The notes beneath the pieces are model-generated. The model saw nothing but the letters and a program-made list of their open reading frames with translations, was not told the DNA's origin and did no database searches. Position numbers and translations under genes: made by a program. Positions 7,630-16,652 of a DNA stretch of 64,000 bases are shown here, piece by piece. The first letter of the stretch is position 1. Each line of letters opens with the position of its first letter. Source of the stretch: Verrucomicrobiota bacterium (GTDB lineage: Bacteria; Verrucomicrobiota; Verrucomicrobiia; Limisphaerales; Palsa-1400); NCBI GenBank assembly GCA_049510745.1, contig JBEKYR010000014.1, positions 32,001 through 96,000 on the forward strand. Direction: 5' to 3'.

Positions 7630-9384
7630 ATGAACGAAGCAAAAACAGCGGAAGCTCCGGTCGCCCAGTTGCTCGACCAGATGGTCGCTGCCAAGCAACT
7701 CTCCTCGACCGACGCGGCCATTTTGACCAAGAGAAACCGCTCCAGCCCGCAAAAACCCATCGAAACCGAGGATGAAGTGCTCCGCTGGCTGGCCGGGGAG
7801 TACGGCCTGGGTTTCACCACTCTGGACGAGGTCGAGCCGGACCGCGAGTTGCTTTCGCTTTTCCCGGCGCGCGTGCTGCTCAAAGAGGAACTGCTCCCCT
7901 TGCAGCGCGTCAACGGCGTGGTGGAAGTGGCCACCAGCCGCCTCTTTGCCACCCAGGGCCTGGACACGCTCAAGACGCTGACCGGCCTGAGAATCAAACC
8001 GATTCTCGCCCCGACCGAAGCGATCCGGCGCGAAATAAAAAGGCACCTCGGCGTCGGCGCCGATACGATTGACACCCTCGACGACGTCGCGCCGCTGCAA
8101 GTGGTCGATGAAACCGGGGAAGAGGACACCAACCTCGAAAACGCGGCCGAGGACGCCTCCATCATCAAATTTGTCAACCAGGTCCTCACCGACGCCATCG
8201 AACTGCGCGCTTCGGACATTCATTTGGAGCCGTTTGAGGACGAGCTGCGCATCCGCTACCGGATTGACGGCGTGTTGCAGGAGATTCCGGTGCCGGCGCA
8301 GATCAAGCGTTTTCAGCCGGCCATTGTTTCCCGCGTCAAGATTTTGAGCCATTTGAACATCGCCGAAAAGCGCCTGCCGCAGGACGGCCGCATCAAAATC
8401 CGCCTGGCCAACAACGAAGTCGATATCCGCGTGTCGATCATTCCGATGCTGCACGGCGAGGCGGTGGTCATGCGGTTGCTGCGCCAAAAGGCGACCTTGC
8501 TGGGCATTGAGCAACTGGGCATGGACCCCGGCGTGCTGGCCTCCTTCCACCGGGTGCTGGCGCTGCCGCACGGCATTATCCTTGTCACCGGCCCGACCGG
8601 CAGCGGCAAGACCTCCACCCTTTACACCGCGCTGGCGGCCATCAATGACGATGTTCGCAAGATCATCACCATTGAAGACCCCATTGAATATCAAATGCGC
8701 GGGGTCAACCAGATTCAGGTCTCGGAAAAGGCGGGGCTGACTTTTGCCCGCGGCTTGCGCTCCATTTTGCGGCATGACCCGGACGTGATCCTGGTCGGTG
8801 AAATCCGCGACGAGGAAACGGCGCAAATCGCCGTTCAGGCCTCGCTCACCGGCCACCTGGTCTTCTCGACTCTCCACACCAACGACGCCCCCGGCGCGCT
8901 GACCCGGCTGGTCGATATGAACGTCGAGCCGTACCTGGTGGCGTCGTCTCTCGAAGCCGTGCTGGCCCAGCGCCTGGTGCGCGTTTTGTGTCCGGAATGC
9001 AAAATGGAGGATAAGTCTCCGACCACCGCCGCGTTCAAGGAGCAGGCCGGCATCGCGCCGGGCGTCACGATCTTTCGCGCGGTCGGCTGCCAGGCTTGCC
9101 GCAACACCGGCTATCACGGCCGGCACGCGATTTTTGAATGGATGGACCTGGACAATCAAATCCGCCAGATGGTTTTGAAAAACTGTTCCAGCGGCGAAAT
9201 CCGCGAAGTCGCCGTGCGCAACGGCATGCACAGCCTCAGTGACGATGGCTGGCGCCTCATCGGCATGGGCATCACCACGCCCGAGGAAGTCATGCGCGTG
9301 ACCAAGGACCAGACCCTGATGGGCGGCAAAATCGGCCACGCCGAAGCCGACACTGCGTTCGACAGCCGACCCAAGGCCGCCTAG
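7630..9384 (+). CDS. gspE: Type II secretion ATPase GspE/PulE
   Basis: ASDIHLEP, EKRLPQDG, GPTGSGKT, TIEDPIE, LRHDPDVILVGEIRD and the tetracysteine CPEC..CQAC. Confidence 0.95.
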   Translation: MNEAKTAEAPVAQLLDQMVAAKQLSSTDAAILTKRNRSSPQKPIETEDEVLRWLAGEYGLGFTTLDEVEPDRELLSLFPARVLLKEELLPLQRVNGVVEVATSRLFATQGLDTLKTLTGLRIKPILAPTEAIRREIKRHLGVGADTIDTLDDVAPLQVVDETGEEDTNLENAAEDASIIKFVNQVLTDAIELRASDIHLEPFEDELRIRYRIDGVLQEIPVPAQIKRFQPAIVSRVKILSHLNIAEKRLPQDGRIKIRLANNEVDIRVSIIPMLHGEAVVMRLLRQKATLLGIEQLGMDPGVLASFHRVLALPHGIILVTGPTGSGKTSTLYTALAAINDDVRKIITIEDPIEYQMRGVNQIQVSEKAGLTFARGLRSILRHDPDVILVGEIRDEETAQIAVQASLTGHLVFSTLHTNDAPGALTRLVDMNVEPYLVASSLEAVLAQRLVRVLCPECKMEDKSPTTAAFKEQAGIAPGVTIFRAVGCQACRNTGYHGRHAIFEWMDLDNQIRQMVLKNCSSGEIREVAVRNGMHSLSDDGWRLIGMGITTPEEVMRVTKDQTLMGGKIGHAEADTAFDSRPKAA

Positions 9385-9390
9385 CCCTCT

Positions 9391-10632
9391 ATGCCCGTTT
9401 TCGTTTACAAAGCGTTTCAAGCCGACGGCCAAACCGCCGAGGGCCAACTCGAGGCGGGCGGACGGCAGGAGGCTTTTCAGCGGATGGAAGAGAAAGGCCT
9501 GCGGCCCATCACGCTGGCGGAGAAAGCCGCCGCCGCGGAGAAAGACGGCAACGGCGCGCCGCCCCCAAGCGCGGCGTTCAGGTTTCAATCCAAGAAGGTC
9601 ACGCCGCGCATGCTGGAAAACTTCACCCGGCTGCTCTCCAGTTTGCTGGCGGCGGGCGTGCCGTTGAGCCGCGCGCTGGTCATTCTTTGCAAAGAGGCCG
9701 CCAGCCCCCTGGCCGCCGCCAAGTGGAAGCAGATTTACGACTCGGTCGTCGATGGCATTTCCCTGGCCGATTCCATGGCCACCATGCCGGACACCTTCCC
9801 GCGCGTCTATGTGGCGATGGTGTCGGCGGGCGAAACGGGCGGGTTCCTGGACCTGGTGCTGGCGCAAATCGCCGATTTCCAACTGCGGGAAAGAGACCTG
9901 CGCGGCAAGGTCACCGCGGCCATGCTTTACCCGGCCATCCTGCTCGTGCTCTCCATTGCCGTGTTGATCGTCCTGATGACATTTTTTATTCCGCGATTCC
10001 AAAAGATGTTCGAGGGTTTCGGCGGGCAATTGCCGCTGTTGACGCGGATGATCGTCGCCGTCAGCTACTGGATTCGGCACTACGGGCTTTTCATCGCCGT
10101 CGGGCTTGTGGTCACCGGATTGCTGGTGCGCAATTGGATCACCTCGGAGCGCGGCCGGCGGACCTGGGAAGGATTCATTATTCGCGTGCCGGTGCTGGGG
10201 CCGCTCTTGAGCCAATTTGCCATGGCCCGCTTTTGCCGGATGCTCGGCACGCTGCTCAACGCCGGCGTGCCGTTGGTGCAGGCCCTCAACGTCGCCCGCC
10301 GCTCCATCGGCAACCAGATCCTGGTCGATGCCGTCTCCAATTCCATCGAGCGGGTCAAGGAAGGCGCGCAATTGGGCGCCAGCCTCTCGGATTGCAAGTC
10401 GCTTTTCCCCAGCTCGGTCCTGGAAATGATTTCCGTCGGCGAAGAAAGTGGCAAGCTCGACCAGGAATTGGTCCGCATCGCCGGCGTGACGGAAACGGAC
10501 CTGGACCGGAACCTGAAAACGGCGGTGGCGTTTCTGGAGCCGTTGATGCTTTTTTTCATCGCCGGGTTTATTGGAACGATTTTCATCGGCATGATCTACC
10601 CGATTTTTGCCATGCAAGACTACATCAAATAA
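9391..10632 (+). CDS. gspF: Type II secretion inner membrane platform protein GspF/PilC
   Basis: Two T2SSF repeats ('AGETGG.LD', 'GEESGKLD'), plus AMLYP and LEP motifs. Confidence 0.95.
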   Translation: MPVFVYKAFQADGQTAEGQLEAGGRQEAFQRMEEKGLRPITLAEKAAAAEKDGNGAPPPSAAFRFQSKKVTPRMLENFTRLLSSLLAAGVPLSRALVILCKEAASPLAAAKWKQIYDSVVDGISLADSMATMPDTFPRVYVAMVSAGETGGFLDLVLAQIADFQLRERDLRGKVTAAMLYPAILLVLSIAVLIVLMTFFIPRFQKMFEGFGGQLPLLTRMIVAVSYWIRHYGLFIAVGLVVTGLLVRNWITSERGRRTWEGFIIRVPVLGPLLSQFAMARFCRMLGTLLNAGVPLVQALNVARRSIGNQILVDAVSNSIERVKEGAQLGASLSDCKSLFPSSVLEMISVGEESGKLDQELVRIAGVTETDLDRNLKTAVAFLEPLMLFFIAGFIGTIFIGMIYPIFAMQDYIK

Positions 10633-10647
10633 AAAGACAGGACATTT

Positions 10648-11088
10648 ATGAGAATAACCCCCCGCCATGCAAATCGCCCCGCCCGCCGGACTCAGGGCGC
10701 ATTCACGCTCGTTGAACTGCTCCTGGTGATGACCATTCTGGCCATTCTGGCCGGCATCGTCCTGCCGAAGATGGCCGGCAGGGGCGAACAAGCCCGCGTG
10801 GCGGCGGCAAAGACCCAGATTGAATCCTTCGGCACAGCCTTGGGCACATACGAAGTCGATAACGGCAACTATCCTCGCGGGCGGGACGGCTTGCAGGCCC
10901 TGATCGTCAAGCCGCGCGACGCCCTCAACTGGCACGGTCCGTACATGGAGAAGGATATTCCGCCGGATCCGTGGGGCAAAAAATACGTGTATGAATGCCC
11001 CGGCAAACACAACCCGTCCGGCTATGATCTCTACACGACCGGCCCCGACGGCACTGTTTATGGAAACTGGACAGTACAACAACGATAA
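10648..11088 (+). CDS. gspG: Major pseudopilin GspG
   Basis: 'GA|FTLVELLLV', 'YEVDNGNYP', 'WHGPY..DPWG..Y.Y..PG...YDLY..GPDG'. Confidence 0.95.
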   Translation: MRITPRHANRPARRTQGAFTLVELLLVMTILAILAGIVLPKMAGRGEQARVAAAKTQIESFGTALGTYEVDNGNYPRGRDGLQALIVKPRDALNWHGPYMEKDIPPDPWGKKYVYECPGKHNPSGYDLYTTGPDGTVYGNWTVQQR

Positions 11089-11620
11089 GGCCCGGCGCCG
11101 CGCCGCCTTCACCTTGGTCGAATTGATCCTGGTCATGACCATCATGGTGATCTTGATCAGCCTGGTTTTCCCTTCCCTGAAGGGCTTCTTCCACGGGCGC
11201 AACCTCGACAACGAGGCGCGCCGGTTTTTGTCGTTGACACGATACGCCCAAAGCCGCGCCATCTCCGAGGGTCTGCCGGTCGAACTGTGGATGAACCCGC
11301 GCAGCGGCTCCTACGGCGTGCAGGCGCTCTCCGGCTACACGGAAACGCGCACCAATCCGATGGCCTTCAACCTCGACTCCACCGTGACGCTCGCCTTTTC
11401 CGCGCCGTCCTCCGTCCTGGTGCGCTCCAACTTCTGGACGCAGGCCCAAGGGCAGTTCGGCGCGGTGGGCAAAATCCGCTTCCAGCCCGACGGTTTTATC
11501 AGCGACACCAGCCCGGAGAACATTTTTTTTCGGCAGGGCGCGGACGGCCAGATTTGGATCGCGGAAACCCCCTCCCATTTGAGATATGACATTCAACCCG
11601 GCCAACCCAACCGCCGCTAA
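11060..11620 (+). CDS. gspH: Minor pseudopilin GspH/FimT-like
   Basis: 'AA|FTLVELIL', 'YAQSRAI', 'IRFQPDG'. Confidence 0.8.
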   Translation: METGQYNNDKARRRAAFTLVELILVMTIMVILISLVFPSLKGFFHGRNLDNEARRFLSLTRYAQSRAISEGLPVELWMNPRSGSYGVQALSGYTETRTNPMAFNLDSTVTLAFSAPSSVLVRSNFWTQAQGQFGAVGKIRFQPDGFISDTSPENIFFRQGADGQIWIAETPSHLRYDIQPGQPNRR

Positions 11621-11996
11621 ACGCGCCCGCTCCGGCTTCACGCTGGCCGAGGTGCTGGCGGCGATGCTGTTTTTGGTCATCGTCATCCCGGTGGCCGTGC
11701 AGGGGTTGCATGTCGCCAGCATGGCCGGCGAAGTCAGCCAGCGCAAAATGGCCGCCGCCCGCATCGGCAACAAAATCCTCAACGAATTGAAGGTGACCGG
11801 CCAATTGCAAAACACCAGCCAAAGAGGCGTCGTGCAGGACCGCGGCCTGACTTACACATGGTCGGTCAAAAATCAGCCCTGGACGGAGGACACTCTCAGC
11901 CAGATGACCGTGGCCACCGTCACCGTCACTTATATGGCCCAGGGCAGGAGCTTCGACGTCAACCTGAGCACGCTGCTGCCGCCCGTCCAGCCATGA
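11586..11996 (+). CDS. gspI: Minor pseudopilin GspI-like
   Basis: 'SG|FTLAEVLAA', short length, position between the H- and J-like genes. Confidence 0.75.
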   Translation: MTFNPANPTAAKRARSGFTLAEVLAAMLFLVIVIPVAVQGLHVASMAGEVSQRKMAAARIGNKILNELKVTGQLQNTSQRGVVQDRGLTYTWSVKNQPWTEDTLSQMTVATVTVTYMAQGRSFDVNLSTLLPPVQP

Positions 11997-12682
11997 AACC
12001 GCCCCTCCATCCCAACCCTGCGCGCGCGTTCACGTTGCTGGAATTGCTCCTGGCCATTTCCATCATGTCCATCGTCCTGGTTGCGATCCACGGCGTTTTT
12101 TTCACGGCCATTCACCTGCGCAACGCCACCGTCAATGCCGTCGAAGCCGGCCTGCCGGTCGAACAAGCCCTGGAAGTCATGCAGCATGATCTGGCCAACA
12201 TCGTCGCCTCCACCAACGGCGTGCTCATCGGCCCGCTCCAAACCACCACTCCCACCAACGCCCTGCCCGACCAGATCGGCCCTGATTTTTACACCACCGG
12301 CGGAGAAATGGACGGCATGGTGCCGTGGGGCAATATCCAGAAGATTGATTATTTGCTCTCCACGCCGACCAACGGCGTTCGCGGTCCGGGCAAGGACCTC
12401 ATCCGCGCCGTCACCCGCAACTTGCTCCCCCTGAACCAGCCGCCCCAGCCGGACGAACAACATGCGCTCCTGAGCGGCGTCCAGACTTTGACGTTCCTCT
12501 ATTATGACGGCACGCAATGGGACCCCGATTGGGACACCACCCAGCAAACCAATCTGCCCCTGGCCATCAAGGTGCGCATTCAAATGGCCGCCGCCCGGGG
12601 CGTCGCCGCCGGCGGCCCGTTGGAACTGGTCGTGCCTGTGGATATTCTGCTCAACACCAACCCCGTCACCGCACTGCAATGA
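11993..12682 (+). CDS. gspJ: Minor pseudopilin GspJ-like
   Basis: 'RA|FTLLELLLA' and 'LLSGVQTLTFLYYDGTQW..WD...LPLAIKV', a typical GspJ C-terminus. Confidence 0.85.
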   Translation: MKPPLHPNPARAFTLLELLLAISIMSIVLVAIHGVFFTAIHLRNATVNAVEAGLPVEQALEVMQHDLANIVASTNGVLIGPLQTTTPTNALPDQIGPDFYTTGGEMDGMVPWGNIQKIDYLLSTPTNGVRGPGKDLIRAVTRNLLPLNQPPQPDEQHALLSGVQTLTFLYYDGTQWDPDWDTTQQTNLPLAIKVRIQMAAARGVAAGGPLELVVPVDILLNTNPVTALQ

Positions 12683-14121
12683 AACTGGCCGCCGCCAATT
12701 CGACTTCGTCCCGCGCCTCGGTGTTGATCATCGTGCTCTGGGTCGCCTTTGGCCTGGTCGCCATCACCCTCTATTTCGCCAACGCCATGTCGATGGAACT
12801 CAAGGCGGCCGATAACCGGGTCGCCAGCCTGGAAGCCGATCAAGCCATCGAGGGCGCCGCCCTTTACGTCAGCAACATCCTCGCCAACCGCGCCAACATG
12901 ATGATGATTCCCACCCCGGACAATTTCCGCGCCGACGGCGTGAAGGTGGGCGAGGCGACCTTCTGGCTGGTGGGCCGGGACACCAACGACCTGCAAACCT
13001 CCGCCCAGGGCGAGCAGCCCGTCTGGGGCCTCATCGATGAAGCCTCCAAGCTCAATCTCAACAGCGCCACCGCCGCCGAGCTGCAGAATCTTCCGCAAAT
13101 GACGGCGAACACGGCCGCCGCCATCTACGATTGGCAGACCGGCAGCAACAGCTCGCCCAGCACCGGCGGCGCCAAATCCGAAACCTATTCCGGTTTGCAG
13201 CCCGCCTACCTCTGCAAAAGCGCCCCCTACGAGAGCATCGACGAGTTGCGCCTGGTCTATGGCCTGAACATGGACCTGCTCTACGGCGAGGACGCCAACC
13301 TTAATGGCATCCTGGACCCCAACGAAAACGACGGCATGGTCACGCCGCCTACGGACAATTCCGACGGCATCCTCGATCCCGGCGTCCTGGAATACGTCAC
13401 CGTCTGGAGCCGCGAACCGACCCTGGACACCAACGGCTCGGCCCGCATCGCTGTCAACGATATTTCAAGCTTGACCTCGTTTCTCCAGCAAAGCTATCCC
13501 TCCCTGGTCTCCTACCTGGCTCCCTTCGGCGGCGGCGCAGGGGCGGCCGGCGGCGCGGGGACGGCCGCCGGCGGACGCGCCGGCGCTGGCACCGGCGCCG
13601 GGGCAACGCGTGGCGGAGCCGCCAGCGCCACCGCCGCCGCCGCTCCCACCAGCGTGCTGGACTTCTACATTCGCAGCGGCATGTCCGAAAGCGATTTTCA
13701 GCAAATCGAGCCATTTCTCATGAATACCAACTTGACGGGCTTGATTAACGTCAACACCGCCACCGCCACCGCCCTGGCGTGCGTCCCGGGCATCGGCCTG
13801 AACCAGGCGCCCCAAGTGCTCGCTTACCGCCAGTCCAATCCGCCGCAGACGCCCTCGATCACCTGGCTCAAAACCGCCCTGGGCACCACCGATCCGGCCA
13901 CGATCGCGCAGGTTGGCCCTTATGTCACCCCCTACTCCTTTCAATTCACCGCCGATGTCGTCGCGCTCGGACACCACAACCGCGGCTATCGGCGGGTCCG
14001 CTTTGTTTTTGATTGCAGCAGCGGCACGCCCCTGATCGTCTATCGCCAGGACCTGACCCATCTGGGATGGGCCTTGGGCAAAAAACTGCACGACCAATTG
14101 TTGGCCGATAACTCGAAATGA
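12679..14121 (+). CDS. gspK: Minor pseudopilin GspK-like
   Basis: 'RASVLIIVLWV' (no Glu5), 'IDEASKLNLNSA', 'ESIDELRLVYG', 'INVNTA..LACVPGIG'. Confidence 0.9.
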   Translation: MKLAAANSTSSRASVLIIVLWVAFGLVAITLYFANAMSMELKAADNRVASLEADQAIEGAALYVSNILANRANMMMIPTPDNFRADGVKVGEATFWLVGRDTNDLQTSAQGEQPVWGLIDEASKLNLNSATAAELQNLPQMTANTAAAIYDWQTGSNSSPSTGGAKSETYSGLQPAYLCKSAPYESIDELRLVYGLNMDLLYGEDANLNGILDPNENDGMVTPPTDNSDGILDPGVLEYVTVWSREPTLDTNGSARIAVNDISSLTSFLQQSYPSLVSYLAPFGGGAGAAGGAGTAAGGRAGAGTGAGATRGGAASATAAAAPTSVLDFYIRSGMSESDFQQIEPFLMNTNLTGLINVNTATATALACVPGIGLNQAPQVLAYRQSNPPQTPSITWLKTALGTTDPATIAQVGPYVTPYSFQFTADVVALGHHNRGYRRVRFVFDCSSGTPLIVYRQDLTHLGWALGKKLHDQLLADNSK

Positions 14122-15560
14122 TCGCCTTTTTCAAATCCAAACGCGCCGCTTCCGTCCTGGGTTTGGCCCTGGACGGCAACCGGCTGGAAGCCGTCGTTCT
14201 ACGCCGCTCCAACGGAACGCTGCATGTCCGCAAAGCCGTCTCCGCCGACCTGGCGATGTCGCCGCTGACCGACGACCCGGAACTGGTCGGGCGCGAAATC
14301 CGCAATCACCTCGACCAGGCCGGCGTGCGCGAGCGGCGCTGCGCCGTCTGCCTGCCCCTGGGCTGGCTGCTGACGCTGCAGGTCACCGTGCCGGAATTGT
14401 CCGATGCCGACCGGGCCAGTTTCCTGCAACTGGAGGCCGAGCGGGGATTTCACGGCGGCCCCGAGGCGCTCTTCACCGCCCATTCCCTGTTCCGGCCGGT
14501 GGGCGGCGAGGCGTTCGCCACCTTGCTGGCCGTGCCGCGCAACCACCTCGATACCCTCGAACGGGTCCTGCGCGCCGCCAAGCTCAAGCCCGTCACCTTC
14601 GCCCTGGGCGTCGGCGCCCTCCAGCCCGCCGCCGGCGACACAGGGCGCGTCCTGGCCCTTTGCGTGCGCAGCAATAGTATTGACCTGCAAGTCAGCGGCG
14701 GCGGCGGCATCGTCGCCTTGCGCTCGCTGGACGGGGCCATTGAAACCCAGGGCGGGCAGAAGCGGATTTCGGCCGAGTTGACCGCGCGCGAGTTGCGCAT
14801 CACGCTGGGCCAGTTGCCCGGCGGCCTGGCCGGCGGCCCCGGCAAAATCCGCGTCTTCGGCCAGGGCGAAATGTGCCGCGAGTTCGTCCATGATATATCT
14901 CCGCGCCTGGAGGCGATGGGCCTGGCGGTGGAAACCGTGGACCGGGTCCCGGACGCGCTGTTCGACCCGCCGCCGCCGCCGGACTTGGCGGTGTCTCCGG
15001 CGCTGGCCCTGGCCGCGGCCTGGGTGCGGGGCGCCGATTCCACTCCCGAGTTTCTGCCTCCGCGCGTCCAGCCGTGGCAGCAATTGATCAGCACGCGCCT
15101 GTCCACCCGCAAACTGGCCTACGCGGGCGGGGCGGCCGCCGCCGTGGTTTTGGGCATTCTGCTTGCCTTCGGCGTGCAGCAATGGCAAATCCACAGCCTG
15201 CAATCCAAATGGAACGCCATCGCGCCGCTGGTCAGCGAGTTGACCGGCGACCAGGACCAGATCAAAAAATTCCGGCCCTGGTACGACCAGACGTTTCGCA
15301 ACCTGCGCATCCTGCGCCGCTTGACGGAGGCCTTTCCCGAAGACGGCTCGGTTTCCGCCAAAACGGTCGAGATTCGCGAAACGGCCGGCATCACCTGCTC
15401 CGGCCAGGCGCGGGACAAGGCGGCGTTCGTCCGCATGCACGACAAGCTGGGCGACGACACCAATGAGATCAGCAACCTGCACGCCGAGACCCGCGGCCAA
15501 AACCCGACGCAGTTCACCTTGAACTTCCAGTGGGAGGAAGGAGTGGCCAATGGAAACTAA
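14118..15560 (+). CDS. GspL/PilM-PilN-like assembly platform protein
   Basis: Actin-like N-terminus ('VLGLALDGNRL'), a single TM helix, a PilN-like periplasmic C-terminus, and operon position. Confidence 0.7.
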   Translation: MIAFFKSKRAASVLGLALDGNRLEAVVLRRSNGTLHVRKAVSADLAMSPLTDDPELVGREIRNHLDQAGVRERRCAVCLPLGWLLTLQVTVPELSDADRASFLQLEAERGFHGGPEALFTAHSLFRPVGGEAFATLLAVPRNHLDTLERVLRAAKLKPVTFALGVGALQPAAGDTGRVLALCVRSNSIDLQVSGGGGIVALRSLDGAIETQGGQKRISAELTARELRITLGQLPGGLAGGPGKIRVFGQGEMCREFVHDISPRLEAMGLAVETVDRVPDALFDPPPPPDLAVSPALALAAAWVRGADSTPEFLPPRVQPWQQLISTRLSTRKLAYAGGAAAAVVLGILLAFGVQQWQIHSLQSKWNAIAPLVSELTGDQDQIKKFRPWYDQTFRNLRILRRLTEAFPEDGSVSAKTVEIRETAGITCSGQARDKAAFVRMHDKLGDDTNEISNLHAETRGQNPTQFTLNFQWEEGVANGN

Positions 15561-16083
15561 GAACCGCGAGAAAATCCTGGCCATCGCCGCCGGCGTCTGC
15601 GCCGGCCTGTGGCTCTTCAACCTCCTGGTCATTACGCCCATGACCAACGCCTGGCACCGCCGCTCCGCCCAAATCGACAGCCTGCGCAAGGCCATCGCCG
15701 AAGGCACGATGCTCCTCCGGCGGCAGGACACGGTGCGGGGGCGCTGGGACTACATGCGGACCAACGCCCTCTCCAGCAACCCGACCGTCGCCGAGCGGCA
15801 GTTGTTCGTCGCCTTTGACCGCTGGGTCGGCGCCAGCGGCGTGACCGAAGGCTCCTTCCGCCCCCAGTTGCACGAGACCGACGACAATTATTCCACCATC
15901 GAATGCCGGGCGGATGTGACGGGCACCCCCGAAGCCGTCACCCAGTTTCTTTTTGACATGGAAAAAGACCCGATTGGGGTTAAATTGGAGTCATGCGAAC
16001 TGACCTCACGCGACGACAACGGACGACAACTGGCGCTCGCCCTGGACATGAGCGGCTTGATTTTGCCCACACCCAATCCATGA
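15550..16083 (+). CDS. GspM/PilO-like protein
   Basis: 'NREKILAI' followed by a TM helix, coiled coil and ferredoxin-like tail; operon position. Confidence 0.7.
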   Translation: METKNREKILAIAAGVCAGLWLFNLLVITPMTNAWHRRSAQIDSLRKAIAEGTMLLRRQDTVRGRWDYMRTNALSSNPTVAERQLFVAFDRWVGASGVTEGSFRPQLHETDDNYSTIECRADVTGTPEAVTQFLFDMEKDPIGVKLESCELTSRDDNGRQLALALDMSGLILPTPNP

Positions 16084-16652
16084 AATCGTTCGCCCCCATC
16101 ATTATCGCGTCGTTGCTGGTTGCATCCATGAGGGCGCCGGCCCAGGAAACCAATGCCGGGGCCAGGCCGGACTTTAATTCGTTCAAAATCATCGCTGAAA
16201 GAAATATATTTGACCCGACCCGCACGGGGCGGCGCCGGCCCGGCGCCCCGCCCCGCCGCGTCGAGCGCGTCAGCCTGGTGGGCACGAGCATCGATAACGG
16301 GGACGCGGTGGCTATCTTCACAGGCAACGGCGTGCCGGAGCGGCCCTTCAAGACGGGTGATACAGTGAAGGATTTCAAAATTGTCCAGATCACACTGGAT
16401 AGCGTCCGCCTGACGGGCGTGACCAACACCAATATGTTTGTGATGGACTACGACAGCCGAAGGAGCCTGCGCCGCGAGGAGAACGGGCCGTGGCAGGGGT
16501 CGTCCGACCTCTCCGACCCGGTCCTTATTCCCAGCGGCAATGCCGATGACCCGGCGCCGTCCGCCAGCGCCTCCGCCCCGCCCGCGGGCGGCGGCGGCGA
16601 GAGCGACATTATCAAACGACTCAGATTGAAACGCGAACAGGAGGAAAAATGA
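16080..16652 (+). CDS. Exported GspC/PilP-like protein
   Basis: Signal or TM segment, 'RNIFDP', HR-domain-like 'SLVGT...AIF...FKTGDTVKDFKIVQITLDSVRL'; lies just before the secretin genes. Confidence 0.6.
   Translation: MKSFAPIIIASLLVASMRAPAQETNAGARPDFNSFKIIAERNIFDPTRTGRRRPGAPPRRVERVSLVGTSIDNGDAVAIFTGNGVPERPFKTGDTVKDFKIVQITLDSVRLTGVTNTNMFVMDYDSRRSLRREENGPWQGSSDLSDPVLIPSGNADDPAPSASASAPPAGGGGESDIIKRLRLKREQEEK

Noticed and set aside
7555..11262. 1235-aa minus-strand ORF
   Set aside because: Antisense shadow of gspEFG in high-GC DNA with no recognisable motifs.
10648..12750. Ala instead of Gly at the -1 prepilin cleavage position
   Set aside because: Common in PVC pilin-like proteins; not evidence of a defect.
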